A stretch of 64,000 nt of DNA from Entomortierella parvispora E1425 (Eukaryota > Fungi > Mortierellomycota). The notes below the pieces were generated by a model that was given only the letters and a program-made list of their open reading frames with translations, was not told the origin of the DNA and made no database searches. Positions 48,606 to 57,953 of the stretch are shown here, piece after piece (positions within the stretch are counted from its first letter, which is position 1; every line of letters starts with the position of its first letter). Made by a program: the position numbers and the translations under genes. The stretch is from the NCBI GenBank assembly GCA_020891255.1, contig BQFW01000015.1, positions 1,054,001 through 1,118,000 on the forward strand, read 5' to 3'.

Positions 48606-50864
48606 ATGTCTACCGCAGCTCCCTTGACACCACCACCTTCCCCTGGTAGAAGTGAGGAAGAAAGACTCTCATGCAAGTCCACCTCGACTCTAGTGAGGTC
48701 CAAAAGACCCCCTACCTCCCCCACTTCCCCTACCCGTTCCCCATTCAGTCGGAGTAGGTCAAATGCAAGCAGCACCAGCTTGTCAGAACCAACAAATAAC
48801 TCGAGCCATTCCCTTACTCAATCCGAGCCGGGAGATGACTTTCTGGGGGTGAGGTCCAGAAGAACTCTGCACAACTACAACGATGGCGTCGCTGGCGCGC
48901 AGCCTACTCCAAGGGTTGCAAGAGAAACCAGAGCCATTTCGACTTTCTTGGCTTCCATTCAACATACAGAGACACAACCGCAAGAGGATTACCGAGAATA
49001 CGTGCCTCTTCTGTCTTCGAGTGCACCTCTCACTCGAGGATTGGCAGTAAACAAAGGGCGGCCTCTGACATCGCCTGCCAGCTGTCGGGCAAGGTCGCGG
49101 ACACCAAGAGCGACTCGGTCACAGAGCACCAGCATCTCTGCCCCCATTGTGGTCGTTGGATTCAACCAAGTGCCGTCTGCAAGCGAAGAAGAGCTGAAGG
49201 TCAGCTATCAAGAGTTTACAGCAAGTGGAGCCCCACGTTGTCAAGGGTTTGCAATCTCTCAAGGCAAACAATGTGGGTTTTCCGCGCCTGCGTGCCGCCT
49301 TCATGTAGAAGCCAATAGGGCGTCCCAAGCCTCAAAATCAAAAGAGGCCGTCCCTTCAAGAGTCTCCCCTTCAAGAACCGTCAGTGAACCTATTTCATCT
49401 GCCTCAATAGTGTACGCACCATTCACAAGAGATGGCCGGCCTCGGTGTCAGGGCACGGCTCTCTCTGGTGGGCGGCAGTGTCTGTTTCCAGCTGCCAGTT
49501 GCCGGTATCATGAACATGCTGCCCAGGTTACTCAACACAAGTCCGCTCCAGTCTCAAGGGTGACCACGCCGTTTACAGCCTCTGGAGACCGTCCCACGCA
49601 AGAAACGCGCCCTCCAAAAGATGAATTGGACTCGAGCCATTACGAACCGTTCTTGCAGAATGGTGCCCCTCGCTGTCAAGGCTTTGCACTCTCTCAGAAT
49701 GGCCAGTGCCTGTTCCCAGCGGCCACTTGTCGTTTCCACCCTCAAGTCAGTCGAACAACACGAACCTCAAGTGCCGTTGCTCCTGCCCCGGTTGTGGCCA
49801 GCTCTACTGAAATTCCACCTGTGCCCATCCTTAAGCCATCTGCCCGCGCCTCGAGCTCAGTCGTCTCTGCACCCATTATCGTCCCTGCCATTCCTGCTGT
49901 CCCTGCTATCCCTGCTCAGACTCAAATTCAGATCCAGCCACCTCCATCGCTTGCAAGCAGGTCAGCTCGCGCTCCTCCATCTTCGTTCGTATCGGCTCCC
50001 ATTTTCTTGCCCAGCGCTCCCACAACCTCCTTTGTGTCGGCCCCCATTGTCCTGCCCAGCATTAGTCAAGCACCACCTCCCGTTGCCCTGCCCAGTATTA
50101 GCCAAGCCTCTCTTCCCATTGTAAATAGACCAGCGCGGGCAGCGGCTTCGATTGTCTCGGCCCCCATCATGGTTGTTGGTGTAAACCAGGCACTCCCTCA
50201 GAAAGCCGAGCTGGAGTCCATCTACGAGGCGCCTACTACCTATGGCCCACCTCGACGGCGTCAGGCTTCTGTCGATAGTGGTCTCCATGCCATGGGCATC
50301 CACAGGGCATCCCAACTGCCCGGCTTTAGACCCTCGGCTCCCATGTTCAACGCCAGCGCATCCGCAGCCTCTCTGCCTCCTATCGACTTCCAACCTCTGA
50401 CAAGAGATGGTCGTCGCCGGTGCCAGAGCTACACTGCCAACATGGCACGACAGTGTGTGTTCCCCGCTGAGAGTTGTCGCATCCACGATCAAGTCAACTT
50501 CAAAGCCGCCGTGGGTGTTTCTGCGTCCAAGATTGCGGCTGCCTTGGCTGTGGCTATGGACACTCCTAGCACTCGTTCCAATCGTAGGACAATGTACTTC
50601 CAAGAAGACACAAGCTTTTCCTCGTCCTCTTCCTCTTCCTCTTCCTCCTCCTCTACCACCTATATGCCGCTCACGGCTTACGGTGTGCCAAGGTGTCAAG
50701 GATTTGCAGTCTCTCAAGGCAAGCAATGCCAGCTCTCGGCGGCCAGCTGTCGTTTCCATGTTCAGGCAAACCAGCCACAGCCTTCCCGCATGTCAGAATC
50801 CAAGGTCCGCCTTACCAGCTATGACATGCAGTCGTTCAGGAGGAATGGTATGGAGTACATCTAG
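48606..50864 (+). CDS. Intronless 752-aa Ser/Pro/Ala-rich protein with five C-x10-C-x6-C-x2-H putative zinc-finger repeats
   Basis: Long open frame. Five 33-aa modules at 49206, 49413, 49641, 50388 and 50661 share Y/F-x-P-x-T-x-x-G-x-P-R-C-Q-G...Q-C-x-F-x-A-x-x-C-R-x-H. Conservation of these at the amino-acid level supports coding status. Confidence 0.88.
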   Translation: MSTAAPLTPPPSPGRSEEERLSCKSTSTLVRSKRPPTSPTSPTRSPFSRSRSNASSTSLSEPTNNSSHSLTQSEPGDDFLGVRSRRTLHNYNDGVAGAQPTPRVARETRAISTFLASIQHTETQPQEDYREYVPLLSSSAPLTRGLAVNKGRPLTSPASCRARSRTPRATRSQSTSISAPIVVVGFNQVPSASEEELKVSYQEFTASGAPRCQGFAISQGKQCGFSAPACRLHVEANRASQASKSKEAVPSRVSPSRTVSEPISSASIVYAPFTRDGRPRCQGTALSGGRQCLFPAASCRYHEHAAQVTQHKSAPVSRVTTPFTASGDRPTQETRPPKDELDSSHYEPFLQNGAPRCQGFALSQNGQCLFPAATCRFHPQVSRTTRTSSAVAPAPVVASSTEIPPVPILKPSARASSSVVSAPIIVPAIPAVPAIPAQTQIQIQPPPSLASRSARAPPSSFVSAPIFLPSAPTTSFVSAPIVLPSISQAPPPVALPSISQASLPIVNRPARAAASIVSAPIMVVGVNQALPQKAELESIYEAPTTYGPPRRRQASVDSGLHAMGIHRASQLPGFRPSAPMFNASASAASLPPIDFQPLTRDGRRRCQSYTANMARQCVFPAESCRIHDQVNFKAAVGVSASKIAAALAVAMDTPSTRSNRRTMYFQEDTSFSSSSSSSSSSSSTTYMPLTAYGVPRCQGFAVSQGKQCQLSAASCRFHVQANQPQPSRMSESKVRLTSYDMQSFRRNGMEYI

Positions 50865-51274
50865 GGGAGGTCCAAAAACTTGACAGTCTCTTCGTTGCTT
50901 TTTGCAAACTATTCATTATAATGAACTTTTCATGGCCTATATACAACAAATGTCAGATAATAAAAAGATAAAAAAAATATACCCTACATGAAAACGCGTA
51001 GATGTGAAGGGGGTTCAGAGATGTACTTGTCATACGAGCTCGGGCACGCGCTCAACAGAGGTGAACAGTACAAGACTCTTCTAAAGTTGTTTTCGTTCAT
51101 GCTCTCTGCCAGAATACCCCAGTATCCTACTTGCAGCTAAAAAATAGCTCGATATCATGCGGCACCCCTGCATGCCAACGCCAACGATGGTTATTTTGAC
51201 TGAGGAATGATATTTCCACTTGGATCATGATTGTAAACTCAGTTTATTGTATGACAAAAGAAAGTCTTGTTGCA

Positions 51275-53068
51275 CTATGTGGCCATCACAGGAGGAGCCG
51301 CCGTCATGCTCTGAGAGGGAAAGGGTATCGGTGACGGTGGCGACGGTTGTACGAAAGGGCCCACTTTGAACATTGTCGAAATATCGTATCCTTGACCGAG
51401 GGTCGAGGAGGTTGATTTCTCAGGGCTCATAGTAGAATTTGGAGTCGTGATCGTGGCCTCCGACAACTTTCGATCGCCTTGGTATGGGTATAATGGCGAG
51501 GAAGCGTTTTGGGGCTGTAGGATTTTTGGACGGATGAGAACAAGTGAAGACGTTGTCGACTGACTCGACAAGCGTCGTTGATTGTCCAAGGACTGGGAAG
51601 AACAGGCTCCCGCAATAGACGAAGCAGGCGAATGGACTGTCAGACTAGCTCGATGATGAGAAGAAGGCAATTGTGGTGGCAAAGTTGTAGTTGAAACAAC
51701 TTCCATTTCATCCATAGAACGACCTGAGAGCGAGGACCGACGGTCGTTCGCGATCGAGCTCCAGGACATGCTATTGTACATGTAAGGCAGTGGGAGCTGG
51801 AGAGGAGCCGATGAAGTGGAAGGCGACGGTGGTGCACTACAGGACAGACTAGACGTTCCTAGAGTCGATGGGCACGCACACTCTGCAGCGACGCTAGAGG
51901 GGCCTAAACCAGCAACTCCTTGAAGGTGGTGATGATGTGGGATCAAATGCCGTCTCCCACCCACACTAGGTCCCGTTGAAGATGCGACAATCGATGCAGG
52001 CGGGCAAGTCAATACCCGATGCTGGACTTGTTGTTGAGAGCTTTGCCGTCTTTGCAGTGTTGCCCGCTGCACAGATGGTCTTCTGGAGGACTGCTGCAGC
52101 TGTTGCAATTGCTCATACTTCGATGCAATGTCCTGTGGCCCCGTTCCAGGAAAACAAGCGGGGGCAGTGATCTCCAACGGATGGATCGTGGACATGACAG
52201 GAGAGATCATGGACATGGCAACCGTTGGTGCCGTTGACGAGGAGTCAGGGAAACTGCCAAGAGCAGAGCCGGGGAAGGGGGAAGGGGGAAGATGAGCCTC
52301 TGCAACAGAACTATCCGCCCTTGACGCGCCCGATGCATGAAACATTGAATTTCCGATGCTCGACATCGGGCGGGACACAGAAGAAGAGGCAGTAACGGTC
52401 GCACAAGATGACGACGAAGCGGATGAGTTGAATCTCCATGCCTTGTTTCGGAACGAAGGGAGAGACAGTGAAGACGACAAAGACGACGACATCAGTCCAT
52501 TTTTGGGGCGCCGAGGCAGTAACCGGACAAACGCCGTTTTGAAACGACGTGTGACAGGAGAATGGGATCTTGGTGGTGTCGAGGACGCCGTCGACAGCGA
52601 GGACAAGAGAAAGGGGTGAGGGGAGGAGAGTGGCGGACTTTGCTGAGTGGCCTTGGATGAAAAGAGTCTGTACTGGGGAGATCTCGCTTTGGGTGAGGGG
52701 CTCGGTGCCGCGGAGGCGCTCCAGGACGACGCAGTCGACGACGACGTGGAAAAGAGGAGTTGCCGTACTGGCTGATGAGATCTTGAAGATGAGATGGAGT
52801 GAACGGTAGCATGGGTATAGTGATGTTGCTGGTGGTTTGGGAGATGTGTAGGCAGATATTGCTGATTGCGGGGGTAAGGCGACGCCAGGAGGTTGGAGTC
52901 GGTACTGACGGTTCTCCTTGTGGTAGTATAGGAGGATGAGGTTCCGTAAGACGACGATGAGGATATACTTGAACCCTCAAACCCAGAGTCTTGACAGGAT
53001 TGAGTTCGGGACTTTTGGTTGTCCTTTCTCTTTCGCTTGTCTCTCCATGAAAAGATTGAAAATGTCAT
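51275..53068 (-). CDS. Hypothetical intronless Ser/Pro-rich disordered protein (~597 aa)
   Basis: Long ORF starting MTFSIFSWRDKRKRK after a pyrimidine-rich leader. Low complexity, no recognisable domain. Confidence 0.6.
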   Translation of the reverse strand: MTFSIFSWRDKRKRKDNQKSRTQSCQDSGFEGSSISSSSSYGTSSSYTTTRRTVSTDSNLLASPYPRNQQYLPTHLPNHQQHHYTHATVHSISSSRSHQPVRQLLFSTSSSTASSWSASAAPSPSPKARSPQYRLFSSKATQQSPPLSSPHPFLLSSLSTASSTPPRSHSPVTRRFKTAFVRLLPRRPKNGLMSSSLSSSLSLPSFRNKAWRFNSSASSSSCATVTASSSVSRPMSSIGNSMFHASGASRADSSVAEAHLPPSPFPGSALGSFPDSSSTAPTVAMSMISPVMSTIHPLEITAPACFPGTGPQDIASKYEQLQQLQQSSRRPSVQRATLQRRQSSQQQVQHRVLTCPPASIVASSTGPSVGGRRHLIPHHHHLQGVAGLGPSSVAAECACPSTLGTSSLSCSAPPSPSTSSAPLQLPLPYMYNSMSWSSIANDRRSSLSGRSMDEMEVVSTTTLPPQLPSSHHRASLTVHSPASSIAGACSSQSLDNQRRLSSQSTTSSLVLIRPKILQPQNASSPLYPYQGDRKLSEATITTPNSTMSPEKSTSSTLGQGYDISTMFKVGPFVQPSPPSPIPFPSQSMTAAPPVMAT

Positions 53069-53743
53069 GATCAGTAGGTGGAGGGTGAGTTGGGAAGTGA
53101 GAAGATGGTGAAGCCAGGAGGAACGGAAAATGGTTAAGAGAGTGAGGAAGAGATGATGTTGAGCGATGGGAATGAAGAGAAGAGAAGAAAAGAAGAGAAA
53201 GAAAGAAAAAAAAAAGAGAAACAAGATATGCAAGGTGTCTGTGGAGTGGGTTGAAAACAAGGGCAGATGACATTATTTGTTTTCTCCTCAACATCACGGT
53301 GAACGAGAGACGCACTGAACACAACCCCACAGATCCATTATTGGGAACACACGAAGGAGCGAGACAGAGATGCTCAATTGCACCCTCCACCCTTCCTCGG
53401 TCGTCCGCACTTTTGGGGACACGTCAAGACAACAGCGATGACAAGCAGGGAAATGGATGAGCAATTGTGCCTTTTTCTGTTGCACCCCTTCCCTTTTACG
53501 ACCGAACAAACACACCAGCGATCGGAGCAAAATGAACTGAAAAATGAATAAAACGGGTTGCCCGCAAATCATGGTTTGCGCTCTGTCTCTTGTGCTAATG
53601 TTGCTGGATGCTGGGAGTGTGGGGAAGCTGGACTTCTACCTACGCTGCCTCCCACGGCACAACTGTTCTCCCTCTTGCTCGTCAACCTCAAGATCAACAC
53701 AGAGGACTTGCAGTCAAATCTGGATTGGCCTTGAACACTGGGT

Positions 53744-54960
53744 TTATTTTTGTATGAACGGTGGCGCCTTTGGTAGCCCCTGCATCTTCACCCGGTAAGA
53801 AACACCCCATGCCGTCCGAGTTCCAACATGGGCAGCGACCTCCTTCCAATTCGCGCCATATTATGCATACGCTTCTTGTAATTTCTGAGCCCCATCAGCA
53901 CTCCATAGACCATTTGCGGCTATTACGAATGTTAAAGAGACGATCCCGCACGGTGATGGTGTCCCTGGTTCCGACCCTTGAGCTGACCAAGCCCCAATCA
54001 ATTCCTTCAAGCTCGGGGTGATTCCAGGTCCAAGAGCGGCTTCTGCTGTTGGTTTAATGCGTGCGTAGCCCTCCTGCCTCCCCACCTCCTTTTTCTGTCC
54101 TAGGTGCATCACCCACTGTCTCCTGTTCTTGTTTCGTCTCCTGCTCCTCCGAGGAACCGTCAGGTAGGCCCACGAATGTTGATCCTTGGTTGAAACTGGG
54201 GTCCACCTTGTTCGCTTACAGCATCCACCAATCGCTTCGCCTCCTCCTTGGACCACCGACCTTTCTTCGAATCTGTCGTCAGCTGCCACTGTCTCTAGAT
54301 GATATAGATCCAGGCTCCGCGGAGAGACCTTTTGCCTACGGTGTACCAAAGATGGCGCCAGCCCTTCGCCTTATCGACGTGTTGAAGAAGAAGCGCATCT
54401 TCCTGTGCGAACCAGGCCTTCAGCTTGACTGGTGCATAAGGTATTGGCTCTACTCTTGTCGCCGTCTTGGCTGAAAGAGGTGCTGTCTTCATTTCCGGAT
54501 CTGCTTTGGTTGACTCTAGCGGCTTTCTAGCGACGTCCACTGTCACCAACATTTAAAGACTGAAGTATGCGTTCTCTTCTCGGTTGATCACATGCGGAAA
54601 TTCGGCCATTCTCATCCTCCAGCACCGATTTCGTATAGATCCAACAGACCGGCCAGGAAAGGAGGCAGCCATACTCTTATCCTGGACGCCATCCTTGATC
54701 AATTGCCTCAGCATTTCCAGCTCTCGGCCTGTCCAAGCCTGGACTTCCCTGCGTTCTGTGTGAAGAGAGAAGACCCGAGTGGCGATAGCAGCCTTGGTTC
54801 TGTTGAGGAATAAATGCCAGATTTCTGAAGTTTCCAACTTTGACTTGATGGCGAGTGAAAAGAGTCGATCCTCTTCTTTGGTCCAGATTACTCTCTTGTT
54901 CTTTTCTGAGCTGCTTCTCGATGCTACTGCTGCCGCTGCATGAGACGTGCAGTTCTGAAA
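53744..54960 (-). pseudogene. Pseudogenised multi-Myb-repeat gene, paralog of 33353-34795
   Basis: Myb repeats VIWTKEEDRLF, QAWTGRELEML, KAWFAQEDALL, KGRWSKEEAKRLVDAVSEQ, PELEGIDWGLVSSRVGTR and GLWSADGAQKLQEAYA*YGANWKEVAAHVGTR. These are interrupted by in-frame stops (54553, 54295, 54160, 53861) and at least two frameshifts. No intact start was found. Confidence 0.85.
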
Positions 54961-55738
54961 CTCATATTTAGGTCACGTGTACCTGTTTAAATTGAAACCA
55001 AAGATGGTTCACCTTGTGAAGAGTCGCTGCCCAATTGTTCTTCTGCCAAAGGACTGCCAGACAAAGAACTCCATACCTCACGAGAGAGCCAAGGAATTTA
55101 GGGAGGTATTGCCGTCATTGGCGACCACCTGCTGTAGATCCTACTGCCCTCCTAGCCTCGTGCCTAGGCAGGGAGAGCGATTCATTTCATCATCCAGCAG
55201 ATATTCCGCCCTGATCTGCTCATCCACAGACCTATTGGCGCTCTTTCTTTTGCCCCATGAGAAAAAAAAAAAGGAGGGAAAAGAGTTGACTGTGGGAGAA
55301 GAAAACGAGGGCGCAAAGGGATGATTCGACCACGTACAAACTCAATAGCCAGAAACTCATGAATCACGCAGGACGGAACAACTGGCACCGCCAATGAGGC
55401 GTCTCCAAGAAGCCAACCTTGTTTCTGTCTTTTCCCCTGCTCATGGCTCATGGCAACTTGGGCAGAAGCACTCCGTTTTTTTTTCTTCACTCGTGGGCAA
55501 TATCTGGTCTGGCGTACATGGTGTGCACCTGTTCGCTGCTGCCGTGTGTTTTTGAGGGATTCTGTCCCTCTCCTGCCGGATGAGCCCTTATGGCAGGCAA
55601 CAGTGATAAAGATTCGTTCTTAAGTGTGTACATGTAGCTGGTTGATGTTGTTTCTCAAAAGACGATTGTATCGTCCGGCTTTATTGAATTTTGTTGTTTT
55701 TCTCACAGTCATCACAGAGCTCACTTACCTGTCCACAA

Positions 55739-55746
55739 TATATAAA
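55739..55746 (+). promoter_or_regulatory. Probable TATA box of CDO1
   Basis: TATATAAA about 150 bp upstream of the ATG at 55895. Confidence 0.55.
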
Positions 55747-55894
55747 GAGGGATCCTGATCCTTCACACCTCTCCTTCTTTTCTCATACTTCATCATCACC
55801 CTTCAACTACAAACAACCAACCACCAACACCACAACAACAACAACACAATCCCTAAAGCAATCCTGCTCATCTTGCAACAATCCTCCATCTACA

Positions 55895-56809
55895 ATGAGC
55901 TCCATCGCCACCTCCCAACCATCTGCTCCACAAATGCCTTGCTCCATGCCTATGACTCCCGTGTCTCCTGTTATGTCCAAGGATCTCCATACCTCTCCTG
56001 CTGTTGACAGCGAGGGTATCCCCATCCCTAAGGACCTTGACGAGCTGGTTAAGCTCCTCCATAAGGAGCTTGGTGCCAACGGACTCGACAGCGAGGATGT
56101 CGATGTCGAAAGGGTCCAAAAGATAATGGCCAACTACTCCTCCAATCCCGAGGACTGGGCCAAGTATGCCATGTTCGAGAAGAGCCGCTACACCCGTAAC
56201 CTCGTCGATGATGGCAACGGCAAGTTCAACTTGATGATCCTCGCTTGGCCAGAAACTGTCGGAAGGTATGTAGAAAATCAGCTGAGTGGTCCCATGTGCT
56301 ATGATGATGCCAATTCCAATATCCTCCGAACCCTCTTTTTCTAAACCTGTTCCCTTTTCCCCGTTTCCAGCGCTATTCATGACCATTCTGGCTCCCACTG
56401 TCTCATGAAGGTCCTTGACGGTCAGTTGAAAGAGACTCTCTACAACTGGCCTGAGAAGGTCATCCATGAGAATGACTGCACAGACTCTGGTCTGGGCAGT
56501 GATAACAGTGACGATGAGGAGAAGCCTAAGGCCATGTCCATTAAAAAGGAGACCTTCCTCCAAAGAGACACTGTCGCATACATGCACGACGAGCTCGGCT
56601 TGCACGCCGTTGCAAACCCTCTTCGCACCCAGGGATCCGTGTCTTTGCACCTGTATACACCTCCTTATGAGGTTTGCAAGACCTTCAATGAGCGCTCCTC
56701 CAAGGCTCGTTCCTCTGGAAAGTGTGTCTTCTACTCTTCCAAGGGCCAGAGGATCGAGTCTTGTCCATCTGCAGCCTATTTGAAGTGCTCTTTGACGAAC
56801 ACTCAATAG
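55895..56809 (+). CDS. CDO1: Cysteine dioxygenase type I
   Basis: 2 exons. Motifs: [38 protein letters not shown] (Fe-His and crosslink Cys), [17 protein letters not shown] (crosslink Tyr). Confidence 0.95.
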
Positions 56810-57953
56810 GGTGTGTGAACTGCCCAAGTAGAGTCGGGGACCCGACTCTATATTTTTGTGTCTCCTCTCTTTTGTTTGTTTTTTTGATACCGCGGTGTGA
56901 GAAATAGGAAGTAGAGTGGGCGCTGTGGTTGCAGTGTCCGTGTACCGCCCTGGTCAAGACAGCATCCAGTTGGCTGTCCAGAAAAAAAATTCCTGTGTCA
57001 GTCTCCTGAGTTTGCGTTTGCCAAGGCGGTGAGATCACCGGCTGTTTCCCACAGAAAGCCCGCTACTCTCTCCCTCCCTCTCTTTTGCCTTACATCCAAA
57101 AGTGTATATCCGCCATGTCCTTCTTTGCTTTTACCCTCTTTGCTCCCGCCCTTGTAGAATAGTCTTCCTCCTCAGTCATTAATAAATCCTCATATGAAAA
57201 AAAAGAAAAAAGAACTCTGGACAGTCTCCCCAACAAAAAAAACTCAAATCAATGGCACGACTCCTATTCGTGTGCGCCTCTGAGCAGTTGTTGTCGTTGT
57301 GTACGTAGAATTGTGACGATAAAACAAAGATGGAATTCCCGTGACTTGACTGGAAATAACGAGTTCAGTGGTGATTGGAAATAACGAGCTCTGAATGCCG
57401 AAGTTACAAGGCAGCACTTTGAAAGCATGATGTCCTTGAAGAGAAAGAGAATGTTTGCACCCAACCCCAACCATGAAAGACAGCTCTACGAGCCCAGCCA
57501 ATGTAAAGTGTCAGTAAATGAAGAAGTCGCAACCGCTGGTCCTGCGCCCAGTGTCCTGCGTTCTAAGGTCCTGGACTTTGAAGAGGTGTCGTGTGGGTAT
57601 GTGTGAGTGTGAGCAATGGTGCAGCAAAGGTAAGCGTAGGACTGGATGTGGTTGTGGCTGTGGATGCGAATGTGAGTGTGAATGTGTAAGAAAGGAAAGG
57701 TGAGTGAATGTGGTGAGGAAAGGGCAGAGAAGGGAGTTGCTGACAAAAGGTTGCCCTCTGTCGCTTTCCAGGAGCATGCTCCGCCAGACATTGATCGCGC
57801 AGAGATGGCACCATATCCGGCCAATGAGACGGGTCTATCTGCGACGGGACTGCGATGGCGCAATCGGCCATCAAGTGCAACATTTACGATTGAAAATTCA
57901 GGTCATGTGATTTATTATGTTTCTTTGTGTGCCTCACGCCGTCAATGCCAATC

